Source: Tricharina praecox (taxonomy: Eukaryota). From it: a DNA stretch of 64,000 nucleotides. Location: the NCBI RefSeq assembly GCF_024521635.1, contig NW_026250420.1, positions 186,001-250,000 of the forward strand. Direction: 5' to 3'. Positions 50,935 to 62,987 of this stretch are shown here, one piece after another. Under the pieces are notes generated by a model that saw only the letters and a program-made list of their open reading frames with translations, did not search any database and was not told the DNA's origin. The position numbers and the translations under genes are program-made. Numbering within the stretch: position 1 is the stretch's first letter; every line of letters begins with the position of its first letter.

Positions 50935-52378
50935 ATGTCTCCCGCTTACCCCCAAGTCCACAACCCGCGCCACTCGTCTGGCTCGCTTTCCTTGCCTCCA
51001 CAGGGCCGCCCGTATGCTGGAGGCCTTCCTTCACCGACCGACTCGACTTGCTCCAACTGCTCCTGCGAGGATTCCACTTTGCCTCTGAACACCCCGTTCT
51101 CAACCCCACCAACCTCCGCCACCGGCTCGACGGCATCCCGTCGTCGCCGATCTTCCGTCGCCGAGCAGCCCCGCCCCATTCTGAAGGGCGCTCCTCCCGT
51201 CGTGGTCCAGAAGATGCGTGGCACCTCTCCCAGCCGCACCGAACGCCACGGCCACAGCTCCTCTTCCCGTGCTCTAGTGGTGCCCGCATCCTCGCACGGC
51301 CACCGCCGCTCCCGTTCCGAGACCAGCTACTCGAGCCACACCGGCCGTTACTACGAAGCCTACCAGAAGTCGGTGGCGCAGGACCAGGACGCCGGCCGGG
51401 ACTTCCCGCGGCGCGGCCGCACCCGCTTCCCCAAGAAGCTCGTCACCCGCGAGGCCGCCGAGGAGAAGAAGTACCCGTACTCGGTCGAGGAGGACGGCGC
51501 GATCACCGTCGAGCAGGCGCTGGGACAGCCTGAGATCGAAGCGTTGGTGGCTCTGTCTGAAGAGATCCGACGTGAGTATACAGTATTTCCTCCCCACCTT
51601 GGTTCTACCACGCGACACCCGACTAACCGTTTCCTTCGCCACAGGTCGTAGTGTCCCATCGCGAAAAGCAGTATCATTCTACGAGAAGACAATAGTTCAC
51701 GAAGTTCCCCCGAGCGCGCCCAGCCCACCACCATCTGAAGCCGCGATCTCACCCCCACCCCGCTCTGGCACTCCTTTCAGCCCCGCATTGCTTTCACCCC
51801 ACAGTTCAAGTTCGAATTCATCCTCTCGTTATTCGCAGCCAGTCATTCTTGTTTCCGGCACAGGACCGAACGGTCGTCGCACCTCCCAATACGTTCCCGT
51901 CTCGCCCGCCTACTGTTCAAACTCCCCACCAAAATTCGAGCCCCTGCAGCCGCCGGGCCCCTCAACTCCCAAACCCACATCAAAGAATATGGAACTCCGC
52001 CTCGAGCCCGCACCCTCATCACACAGCAACAGCGCGCCACCACCACCGTCATCACACAGCGTACCACCATCACACAGCGCGCCATCATCGAAGACCCCCG
52101 AAGAGAAGCTCGCGAGAGCGGAGGAGAAGGCGGTAAAGGCCGCAAAGATTGCAGAGAAGAAGGAGCGTCGCGCGCAGACCACGGGAAGCGCCGTCGATGC
52201 CGAGGATGCGTGGAAGGCAAGGATGCGCGCCGAGGAGCTCAAAAAGAAGTTTGTAGAATTGGAGAGGAAGGAGAGGTCCCGGTACGAGAAGAGGGATCCC
52301 AAGCGGAGGTCCGATAAGGAGAAGAGGGTCAGGGTCGGCAGGAATCATAAGGGCGAGATCATCATGATCAAAGGTTAG
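50935..52378 (+). CDS. Mostly disordered S/P/R-rich protein, 456 aa, with a short fungal domain (DUF8035-like, from memory)
   Basis: Exons 50935-51571 and 51645-52378 (intron GTGAGT..CTAAC..CAG, phase consistent). Ordered segment GRTRFPKKLVTREAAEEKKYPYSVEEDGAITVEQALGQPEIEALVALSEEIR and a C-terminal coiled coil. Confidence 0.85.
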
Positions 52379-54031
52379 AGAGGTTGTTTATTGGTTTTTG
52401 TTTTGTTTTTGTTTGCTCTTTGTTTTGGAGGTTGGCTGTTTGGTTGGAGTATTTCTTTGAGGCCTTTCTTTGGTTTTTTTTCATATACCCACACCATGTG
52501 TGTTTAAGCGTACTCTACTGCATATTTACACGGTGTTTTTGATCATTTTTTCTGTGCCTTGTGCCTTCTCTCCTTCTCGTTTCGCATCGTTTTGTTTTAC
52601 TCTTCACGGAGGCCAGAGTTTTAGCCTGTACCCTATCTACGATAACAAGTACTTTTATGATACCTCATTCTCACCCTCATCGAGCGAAGCATTATCATCC
52701 CGCGAACCGCCTCAAGAAGTCCACAGAACAGAATAGAACAGATATCCGAGCGCATGCGGATTTTCCTGCCCGCCCGCCCCCTGCCCCTCCGATAACACTC
52801 CAATCACCGATAACACTCGAATCACTGGGGTGTCCAGCGATCGGCCCAATCAGAAATAGGCTCCGGAAACTAGGAAACACACCATACAAGCCCTGCAGCT
52901 TTCTTGCAGCCTGCAGTGCATGCAGGATTGAGGATTGAGGCTTCGAGCGCGCAGGCGGGCAGCGCAGATCACTTGTAAGTCGTGGGCCTGTGGCGGCTTA
53001 CCTATGGTACCAGGTATGTACCAGGTATATAGAGTGTCGATGTGCCTATGACGGATACGCAGATGATGGTGATCGCAACCTAACCCAGCCTAATCCAACC
53101 CAATCCCTATCATTCTCGACAGCCTTGAAATTGAGCTTGATTTCATATCGCCCGCTCGCAACGGTTTCGTTCGGTTCGGATGGGACTGCTCTGGATCAGT
53201 ACCTAGAGTAGGTACATAGACGGCTGGCTGGAAGAAGAAAAAGAGACACCCGCGGCCAATTGATACCGGTATTCGCGAATAATGGGGGGGGGGGGGGGGG
53301 GGGGGTGACGCAGGATGTGTTTATGTACCCAACGGCCAACGGCGCCGGCCCGCACCCGCACCCAGACGCAGTACTCTAGCAGCACAAAACATGTTTTTCT
53401 TCCTCTTTCTTCCTCTCTTTCCAGATTTCGTTACGGGATTCATCCTTCGCCATGAACTATGGAAGGAAGGAAGAAAAACTGGTTGCTTCCATGATGTGTT
53501 GCTCTTCGGGGATCTTTCGGAGATCAACGGCCGAGTACCTAGTAGTAGTGGTAGGTAGGGGCGGGGAGGGGATAGGAGGCAAAACGTGTGCAGTGTGCAG
53601 TGTGCATTGCATCACTACACGATACGATGCGGATGGGCCAGGTTTGGGTTGGGTTGGGTTCGGACTGCAACACACAAGATCTAATTCGCCTCTCGGGGGA
53701 TCGTTGGATTCGGTCACGATGAAGGACTGAGGAGGATGAGGGTGGAAGGGAGGTGGAAGGAAGGTGGCTTCCCTGGTATCCTGTTTCGACTGCTGTTTGA
53801 GAGCGCCTTCACGTACCGCTGCGTTACCGGTATGATGGATCATGGTGAAATGATGATGCGGTGATGGGTTTCGGACGTTCATCCAGGCCTAGGGAACCTA
53901 CCGTACGGCGGACCGGAGGACGTCTTGAGACCGTAGTCGTCAGTGCTATTTCCCCCCCCCCCCCCCCGGCCCCGGATCTATCAGTGTGAACAGCGACCCT
54001 GCCACTAAACACTGGGGGAAAGCTAGCGACA

Positions 54032-54300
54032 ACAACCTCGCTCTCGAAGGGGAGGCTAGCAAATCATCAGCACTCACTCACTTACTCCATCAAGTCCAGC
54101 GACTTCCCCATGTTGCTTGGTAGTTGAGTATACGGTAAGCGCGCAGCGAAGGTTGTCACCACTGCTGAGTGCTTCCTAGCAAGTTAGCACACTGCGGAAT
54201 GCGGCAGGCGAAGGACATGCAGCGCAAAGGAAATCCGAAAATCGATGGGCCACACGTCCACTGTCATAGATAATCACTCGCTGCTCCGGATCCGTGTACA
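54032..54300 (+). repeat. Dispersed ~0.27-kb repeat, copy 2
   Basis: Homologous to the reverse complement of 41680-41978. Confidence 0.88.
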
Positions 54301-55302
54301 GTTTCTTTGAACTGACGTAGTATGCATTTCGCCTTCACGCCCGGTTACGGACCACGTAGACATCTCCCCAGTACGAGTATTACTTCACAGGGAAAAGAGG
54401 TGGCACATGACCATCTCGATAGGTAGTTAGCTGTCGCAATAACGACAGATCTACATATCGGTTGCAGGCCCCGACTCCCATCCACCGACTTAGCAGTCCC
54501 AAACATTGCCGGATCTGCAGAGATCTGCGTGCAAAATTGTCTGGATTACCAGCCATGTCCTATGAGCCAGCCAATCTGGCTCTTCGTCGGTGGGAATCTT
54601 CACGGAGCACGGTTACTGAACCATACCTCGGTGGACGATGGAGCTGGCAAAAGTCTGCTTCACCGGCCAGTACCACAGTGGACAAAGAGCTGCCAGGCGC
54701 CCGCTGTGGAAATCCGGGCAGTCTCGAATCAGACGTGTATGTACTCTATTGTATTGAGCAGTCGAGGTAGATTCATGCTTGAGATCACTGATGTAAACCA
54801 CATAAAAAAACGAACTATCCGCAAAAGCAGAAGTAACATAACGCCGAGCACACTCTGAAGTTCAAAATGCCCTTACAAGTTACTCCTTAGCCGGTTCCAA
54901 GGCAGGAGCATAACATACCTATGCTGTTCTGTTTATCGGATTGCCAGCATTGGCAACCTTGATCTACATATGGGCCGTATGAGTTTGAACCTCAGGTTGC
55001 ATAGTAATTTACAATATAATACTAGTAAGGACAAGCTTCAGCACCTGGATGAAAGTCCACACAGACTGGAGCGGCGGTCCGACTGTACCATCATCGCATA
55101 TCACTCGTGATGTTGGCTTTCGGCGTTGGATTTTCGGGTTGAAGATTGAAAACGGAGTATGTGTGGACATTGCCATGATCTAGCAACGTCGTATGCAGTC
55201 AATGATTAAACCAAAAAATGAGGTATACATTGTCTTCCACCTGGAGGCTATGTACAATATTCTGACCCCATTTCCCGCGCCGACTTCTAGCGTTTAGTAC
55301 CA

Positions 55303-56442
55303 CTACACATCCACCATCTCCTCATCCTCCTCATCCTCCTCCAAAAATCCCGTAATCCCCTCGGGCAGCGTCCCGCCCTTCTCCAAAACCGCACCAAAAT
55401 GTCCCCTAGCCTCACGTCTCAGCTCCCTCGCCCTCTCCCTCACGCCTCCGTCCTCCTCAATATCCGCAATCCACAAGCAAACCATTCCGCGTAAACACAG
55501 GAGCCCGACCATATCGCTCCACGGCGGTGTAAGCATCAATTCTTCCAAGCGCTCCTTAATCTTCTCAGGACGCGAGACCTCCGCCTCCGCCTCCGCCTCC
55601 GCTTCGTCGGGACCCTCGACAGAGCGGAAGCGGCTGCCCTCAATCAACAGCGCGAAAAGCGCAGGATTGAACTCTACCGCGCTCGGGTACGGCGGGAGGC
55701 GGGACTCGACGGACGTCGCCGCTTTCGCCTCCGCTCGCGCCTTCTTCGGCGGCAGCTTCCCCCTTCCCCTTCCCTTCCCCTTCCCACCAACCTCCCGCTC
55801 CTCAGCAGCAGCGCCCGTCTGCTCCCCGCGCGCCACCACCGCAGGGTGGTGACTATGCAGCCTCGGCCTGTAGGGATAAAACAGGACGAGGCGCTCCATG
55901 TACTCTACCGCGACTCTGTGGGCCTCCGCCTTCCCCTCCCGCTTCCCCTCCCCCTCCCACTCCCCCTGCCCCTGCCCTTCCCCCTCCCGCCGTAGCAGCA
56001 ACTGCAGCCCCACCCCCCAGAGTCTTCGCACATCGACGTCCTTCCCGCGGATGAGGCAGGCGAAGGCACGCTCCGCGCGCGGCCAGCGCTGCCCGAGGAG
56101 GCTGCGGTATAGGATCGTTGTTAGCACTGCCAGGTGCTGCTTGCGCAGGTTGCTGTAGGGTACTGCAATCACGGGGTGGGACGGCCGGCTGGGTTTAGCG
56201 TCGGCCGCGTGGGGAGGGGAGCCTGCATCTGCTGTGGAAAAGCGGTCGGGTGGGGAGGAGGGCGCGTGGAGTGGCGGGGAGGAGGGCGCATGTGTCGGTG
56301 GAGAGGAGGGCGGTGCGAGGCCGTCGGATGAGGAGGAACTGGCGGAGAGGCGCCGGAGAGCGGGTTTTTGCGGGGCGGCGGACGTGTGCGGCTTGATCGG
56401 GGTGGCGAAGAAGGAGTGTTGGAAGCTGGGTGGGTTCATCAT
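55303..56442 (-). CDS. RRN11: RNA polymerase I core factor subunit Rrn11-like protein, 379 aa
   Basis: HLAVLTTILYRSLLGQRWPRAERAFACLIRGKDVDVRRLWGVGLQLL, EYMERLVLFYPY and LEELMLTPPWSD resemble fungal Rrn11 blocks. Likely ATG at 56442. Confidence 0.78.
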   Translation of the reverse strand: MMNPPSFQHSFFATPIKPHTSAAPQKPALRRLSASSSSSDGLAPPSSPPTHAPSSPPLHAPSSPPDRFSTADAGSPPHAADAKPSRPSHPVIAVPYSNLRKQHLAVLTTILYRSLLGQRWPRAERAFACLIRGKDVDVRRLWGVGLQLLLRREGEGQGQGEWEGEGKREGKAEAHRVAVEYMERLVLFYPYRPRLHSHHPAVVARGEQTGAAAEEREVGGKGKGRGRGKLPPKKARAEAKAATSVESRLPPYPSAVEFNPALFALLIEGSRFRSVEGPDEAEAEAEAEVSRPEKIKERLEELMLTPPWSDMVGLLCLRGMVCLWIADIEEDGGVRERARELRREARGHFGAVLEKGGTLPEGITGFLEEDEEDEEMVDV

Positions 56443-56731
56443 GTAGTAGTGGTAGTTAGTAGTGGGTGAAGAGTTAATTGACGCGTCGCTCAGTCGGCTC
56501 GGGGTAACGCGATCTGGTGCGAAGTGCGGAATACATATGCAATGATTTACATACACGATAAACAAGCGCTCACAAATGAACCAAGCAGACATGAAAACAA
56601 AAGTAACAGGTTTAGTATACATCAACGATCAATGCCAGTGCCACAGTGCCATGGTCATCCCTTCGATTCCAGTCCGGTCGCCACTAAAGGTATCTCATCC
56701 CAACCGCTCCACCGCCCTCCACCCGCCAGAT

Positions 56732-57179
56732 CTAGAACCCCATCATCCTGTCCGCATGAACGCTCTCAGGCCGCAAATCCGAACGTTTCGGCGAGATAAG
56801 CGGGTGTAGTTGTGCGAGCAGCGTGATAGCTATTCCCGTCGTTAGCCTTAGTCGCGCGCAGCATTCATCCCGCAGCAAGCCTTAACATACCCCACATCAA
56901 GTAACAAGACACGAACGCGAGGATCAACGAGGACCTCCAGATGCTGTTCGTCGAGTCAGGTGTCAGTCAACCATTCCCCATCCTCCTCCTCTTCTGCATG
57001 CGGCCTGGGTGCAACGAACGTTTGAGTCTCGCCCTTGGGAGAGAAGAGGTATGCGAGCACCGAGGCGATAACGACGATAACGAGGCCGACGATGATGCTG
57101 TACCTATGTTTTTACGTGGCGCGCGTCAGCGTCGGTTCATTTCAGCGAGAGCTTGAGCTGGAGCATACCCGTTGGCCAT
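56732..57179 (-). CDS. VMA9: V-type ATPase V0 subunit e, 81 aa
   Basis: Exons 57179-57169, 57103-57020, 56943-56891, 56829-56732. Product MANGYSIIVGLVIVVIASVLAYLFSPKGETQTIWRSSLILAFVSCYLMWAITLLAQLHPLISPKRSDLRPE... Confidence 0.95.
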
Positions 57180-57482
57180 GTTGAGAGCTGGATTCTATGC
57201 AATCGGGAAGAAAGGAAGCGCGTAGTGCAGTTTATTCGTTCGTACGTGGGTATGTTTGTTCGTTCTGGTGCAGTTCTGGTTAAACCGAGTGAGTGACAGC
57301 TTCGACTTGCCTGTTGCTTACCTCCGGAGTCTAGACAGACAGGTGACGTTGTAGCGCGCCCGGTAATCACAACAACAAAGGCATTGTCATCCGCCGAGCC
57401 CCGGATGCGGCTCTGCGAGCCTTATTCATCACCATCCATGTCGCGCGGGGCCGGGTAACTCCGCTGACTGCTTTTCACCCCC

Positions 57483-57491
57483 TAGCCCTAA
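57483..57491. promoter_or_regulatory. TTAGGGCTA (Tbf1-type ribosomal-protein promoter element) in the VMA9/RPL43 divergent promoter
   Basis: TAGCCCTAA ~160 bp upstream of the RPL43 ATG. This motif is known from ascomycete ribosomal-protein gene promoters. Confidence 0.6.
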
Positions 57492-57648
57492 AAGCCACAC
57501 ACACACAACCCGGATCATGCGCACAATCGGGCTGCTGCAATTCCCGACTTGACGACCGAACGACGACGCCAGTGACTACACGATTAACCGACAACCACAA
57601 CCCTCCCGAAAAGCTCCCCCAGTTCGGTAGAATCCACACAACGACAAG

Positions 57649-58305
57649 ATGACGAAGCGCACAAAGAAGGTCGGAGGTGTGTATTTCCAGAGCACTCGGG
57701 AGAGAGGGGAGGAAGAGGAGAGAATGCTGGACGAAAGAAAGATTGAAGGAGAGAGCATGGATGGAATGCGGAGAAAAATATTGTTGGCTGGGGAATGATG
57801 GGATTTTGATTGAGCATGAGCTGACAGTGGTGAATAGTGACCGGTAAATACGGTGTCAGGTAACCTCACCCAACTCTCCCACACTCAATTCCTCCACCGA
57901 ACATCGAGTCAATCGAATCGACGAACCCCTCCAATCGCCAACCTAGCATCGCCGAGTAAACGACCATGAAACGAACAACAGACCGCTAACACCACCTCCA
58001 CAGGTACGGTGCCTCGCTCCGTAAGCAGGTCAAGAAGATGGAGATCTCGCAGCACGCCCGCTACACCTGCACTTTCTGCGGAAAGAACTCTGTCAAGCGC
58101 AAGGCCGTTGGAATCTGGGAGTGCAAGTCCTGCAAGAAGACCGTTGCTGGAGGAGCCTGGACCGTCTCGTACATCTCCCTCCCTCCCTCCCTCCCTCCCC
58201 ACCACTCCCGTCAGTACTCCGCTAACACATACGAACAACAGGACTGCTGCCGCCGCCGCCTCGCGATCCACCATCCGTCGTCTCCGCGAGCTCGCCGAGG
58301 TGTAA
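57649..58305 (+). CDS. RPL43: 60S ribosomal protein eL43 (L37a), 92 aa
   Basis: Exons 57649-57676, 57838-57859, 58004-58168, 58242-58305. Product [63 protein letters not shown]. Confidence 0.98.
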
Positions 58306-59502
58306 ATTTCTTCGTTTTCACTGGAGCTGCTTTTTCTTCGTGGTTGGCGCGTTGGGGAACTACAACTTTTTCGGTAGAATCAATGAATAAAACTCTCCGA
58401 GATCGTTGAAACAACAATGGGGTCCTTTTCGGAGTTTTTTTTTCTTTTCTTTTCTCCTGGCAATGGATTGTTTGCTTTACATACTGTCGGCTCTGCTCTG
58501 CTCGGATGTTGTTTTACTGCAAAATAAAACGGGATTCGAAGCAGATTGCTACAGAGAGTATCAGGCGGAAATCACCCAGATCGGACGAGCTCTTCCTTTA
58601 TCGCAGATCTCGAGGCCGGTTCAGTGATGACAAGGCAACTGTCGAGCTTTGCTCTTGCTCTTCACTGCTCTGCCGAGACCAAGACCACACGTGAAACCCC
58701 TCACGGAAGACCCGCAAAGCTTCCCAGCACGCCCGAACGTAGATGTGATAAATGGTTTGACATTTGACAACTTACATACTATTCGACCTGCCCCTCTGCG
58801 CTCCATCTGCTAGCCATATGAAGCTCTGGAGCAAACACGCTTAAATCATTTTCGTCATCATCATCTAGGTTTATATCCACAGCCTAAAAATCACAGGTCT
58901 GAGACTCTGAGGTGAGTACCTATTCCCACACATTCCCGCACACGGTAGTTTCCCCGCAGTAACCCACAGTCATGTATGACACGCAGTAACACGCAGCATG
59001 AACACGCAGTAACATGCAGCATGAACACGCAGTAACACGCCCAATCCATTTCCATTTCATATGCGGACATTGCGGAGTCTTCACTGCGTCTACCTACCGC
59101 ACCTCACCGCACCAATCCATATCCCCCAGACCCCAGTGCCCCCACAGCCAGCCAAAAAAAAAGTATGCATACTTCTCAACAGACCACACGGCAAAAAAAA
59201 ACAGAAGTGTATAGTATCTATGATCGGAACGCAACCCCCTCATTCCATCCTACCTACCAACCTACCTATCCAAAACCAAAAAAATTCCCGCTCAGACAGC
59301 AGAGAGCCGAGACAGCAGCAGCGAATGCATTCACAATCTTCCAAAACCAACCCCATCCAATATGTGACAGAAGATGAAGGAGAAAAAAAAGCCAAAGGGA
59401 AAGAACGCCCTGCATAAAAGATCACCACAGCCTTCCCATTGCATTGCGTTGAAATCGTAAACACAACCAACCATCATGTTGAATGGTTGGTTGGTTGGTT
59501 GG

Positions 59503-60943
59503 TCAGTTGAACAATAAGTCAGCCGCCATGTCGACATCGCCATTGGTAGCGTCGAGAGCCGATATCGCCTGCTGTGGAGTGAATCCCAGGCCCACCAGCT
59601 GACTGACCACCTCGTCGGCATATCTCGCTCTGGGCGCATTATCACGTATTACCGGTGCGGGCGGCTCCACAATCGCGCCAGATCTCGCGCCAACCTTGCT
59701 TCCGCTGGGGCCCTCGACGGTGGGTTCATCGTCTTCGCCCGAGCTGTCCTTGGGGATTTCGCTCTCGCCGAGAAACGCGACCTCTTCGTCTTGGATCACG
59801 AGGCAGTTGCGTTTCAGGTCCAGCGTGGCGAGGTGTCGTTTCAGCATGTCGAGGCCGAGGAGGAGCTCAACGTGCTTTCCCTCCATCACCGTGAAGGAAC
59901 AGGCGAGAAACAGGTTGCCGATCTTGATCTGCGCGCTGTGCACGCGGCCGAGAATCCGTGCTGTGCCCACGCCCCGAGCGATGCCGGCGAAGCGGGAGTC
60001 CACCAGCCGCATGATTCCGCACCGTTGCGCACAGTCGGGTGACATGATGGTTGCTTGCGCACCGCTGTCGACGAATGCTTTGACGGCGGTGCCGTTGACT
60101 TCGACGGGGATGTAGAGCATCGTAACACGGCCAAAAGCTACGCATATAAAAGTCAGTCTTCTAGATATGTGCAGGAGCATGTGAGGGGACGGAATGACCT
60201 TCTGGGTTGTGCTCGAGCGCGGACTGAAGATTCTCCATAACCTGCTCTTGCCGTATGAGTTCCTCGATCTTCTGCTGTGCCTCGATGTTGAACGGGTCTT
60301 CGTTGAGCATTTGCTATTACTGTCAGCACAGTTTCGCGAAAAGCGTGAGGCTGACGGGCGAGGGGAAGTTACAATTTCCCGCTGCTTCTCCCTCTCTTTT
60401 TCCCTGCGGTCGCGCTCCATCCGACCAAATGCATCTCGAAACGCAGCAGGATCATTCATCGCCTCCACGAGCTCAGGATTCGTCTCCCGCAACTGAGCCT
60501 GCAGCTGCGCGTTCGCCAGGAGCTGCAGCCGGATAACTTCTGGATCGTACTCCTGCTGCTGGGGTTGCGACTGCATCTGCATCTGCTGCTGCTGCTGGTG
60601 CTGCTGTTGCTGTTGCGGTCGAGCTTGCGCCTGCGGCCGCGGCGCGATGGTGTGAACCACCACCATGTCATCGTCCTTCATATTGTAGGCTTCGAGTGTG
60701 CGTGTTGCATCCGAGAGCAAACGGCCATTGTAGTAGATGTGCTGTGACGCTGAAGGCATCTGCGGGAGCTCGGACGAAATGAGAGCCTTCAGATCCTGAA
60801 TGCAGATGGAGCTTGGGACATCGAGTTGCAGGACCTGTGGATTGCCGCCCGAGATGGAGGAGATTGTGAGACGCCTGCAGAGGTTCCAGCCGGTCAGCAA
60901 ACACTCAGGACATGAACGCGAGGGGGAGATGAAGCTCGTACAT
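59503..60943 (-). CDS. DDI1: DNA damage-inducible protein 1 (UBL, helical domain, retroviral-like aspartyl protease, UBA), 417 aa
   Basis: Exons 60943-60942, 60874-60373, 60313-60199, 60137-59503. Motifs [27 protein letters not shown], catalytic [23 protein letters not shown] and [22 protein letters not shown]. Confidence 0.97.
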
Positions 60944-62987
60944 TGCAGCTAGTTGGTTGGGATTGTGATTAAGCGAGGACGAGAGGGAAGGTTAGGTAGT
61001 AGCAGGCGGGGATGTCGCTGTGGGGGAAGAAGTTGTGGGGAGTTGGCTGATAATTGTAGTCCTTTGATGATGATGGCGGGGAGGGGGAGGGGAATTTCGT
61101 GTGGTTGGGCGGCGGTGGTGGGATTCGAGGGTGATGTGTAAGTACGTGGTGGAGAGTAGTGGGGAGTAGTAGCATGTAGTAGTTACTTTGTAGTATCTAG
61201 AGTTAGTGGTGGGTAACAGATGCTTTGCTGATCACTTTGAGCCGACACTGGTTTCAACGGTACGTGCATTCGATCCGGGCTTGGCCTCTAATCCCCGCAG
61301 CCCCACCATGCACAAGATTCCCGATACAACTCGAGCTTGGAATACCCAACGCAGACGTGGTAACAGGTCGCGGGACAGGTCGTGGGGACAGGGCCACGCA
61401 TTGACATTCTGAACACGGCAGTGACACTGGAGTGGGGCTCTGGTCTCGAGCGAATTTGCTCGAACGGAGAAGTCCCAGATGTCCTCCATGCACAACCACG
61501 CTCTTTGGGAGCAATCTGCGTGCTGGGACGAATGGGGCGCTCGGGTAGATATCGACCTGCTCCATGAAGCCCGGCGGGAGTGTTACCGGGAAACCCGGCA
61601 GTCCGTGGGGTGCGGATTAGTCTCTTCCCCTCTCACTCCGTCTCACTCCATCCATGGTGGGGGAACGATTGCGGCAAGTTGGTGCTGTTCGGTTGGGATT
61701 GACGATTGATTGGTGCGCATCCATCGCCCACGCTCAAAGCACATCCAACACGTCTTCACTCCTCATCCTCCTTCTCCCCCTCCTCCTCCTCCGCCGGAAT
61801 CTGCCATGGCTCCTCCGTCCATCACTTTATCGCGAAGTCTATTAGGCGTCGAGCCTGACGGCGGGCGTCCGCATGGCTTGCTGGCTTCAAGCTCAGCTGT
61901 TTCTGGAGGGGTAACAGATTCCGGCCCAAGGGAAAGGGAAGCGGGCGAAACTCAAAGCACGACGACGGTTCGGGGACGATATGTTGTCAAAGAACAGACG
62001 ACAGGTCAGTTGATTGGACGAGAAACCGAACGTGTGGGGTAAGGCAGAGTCGTGTCCATGATATCCCATAATTCGCCAGGTCCTCGATTAACCCCACCAG
62101 TCCACCGCATCATGGGTGCTGACCGACAACTATTAGAAGCAGGTATCACGGGCCAACCGACGACGAAAGCCTATGGAGATCATGATTGGGCTCCACGAGC
62201 ACGCCGTCTGACGACCTACAGAGCCGCTTGCGATACGTACATCTGCCGATATGCATGGCGGCGGCATGTCTCTGAAGTACGTAGGGACGGCAGGCTGGTA
62301 TGTACGAGCGATCATGAATATCTGGCCTACATATCGAGGACACCCATTCCCACCAAAACAGAACGCCCACACACACACGCGCACACACATACACAGCTAA
62401 AGTTGAGCTGGAAGCAGAGACAATCACCCGGCAACACCGTTGGCCATGGCTTGCCTCACAGACCAAAACTCTTCAAAGTACACATGTTCGCCGTTATGCA
62501 CTCGAATCGCAGGCGCTCAATACGGCGAGAGATGCGGATAGGTAGATATGCAATCGGACTACCCAGTAGGATGCGTCCTTCGCCAGCAGCCGTTCCATTC
62601 ACCATGTGGATGTGGAGATAGGCGTAGAGTCGACTCAGTCGAGTAGATAAGTCGCCTCGGGCCTGGCCATATGTACATGGAATGCGAGGATCGTTGCTCG
62701 CGTGTCACCAAATGTGCGTGTAACCAACCGGCATGGCGGAACAATTTTTCGGGGCTTGGCAATGAATTGGCACTCGCAAACTCGTCTCCCATCAACAACC
62801 CGACTTCGACAGCATCTGATAACGGAATCGCAGGTGGTCGCCATAACTAGTCTAGTGAGGCCGTCTGCGACAATAAATTGATTATCTCTCTCTATTCCGG
62901 AATCGCTGCCATAGCTTCTTCCCCCCGCAGTGAAGTGAGTGTGCTTGTTGCGCGCGGGACGCCCCACTTCCCCGCCTCCAATCGATC

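Noticed and set aside
53378..53502. Possible hairpin (gtttttcttcct / aggaagaaaaac)
   Set aside because: Pairing comes from low-complexity purine/pyrimidine tracts and is too weak for a small-RNA precursor call.
57677..57837. Intronic snoRNA candidate in RPL43 intron 1 (ATGATG..CTGA)
   Set aside because: The C box is imperfect, the span is only ~30 nt, and the CTGA is the branch-point motif.
61710..62621. ORFs of 110 and 189 aa between DDI1 and ARG2
   Set aside because: Non-ATG or weak starts, no domain and no coherent splice model.
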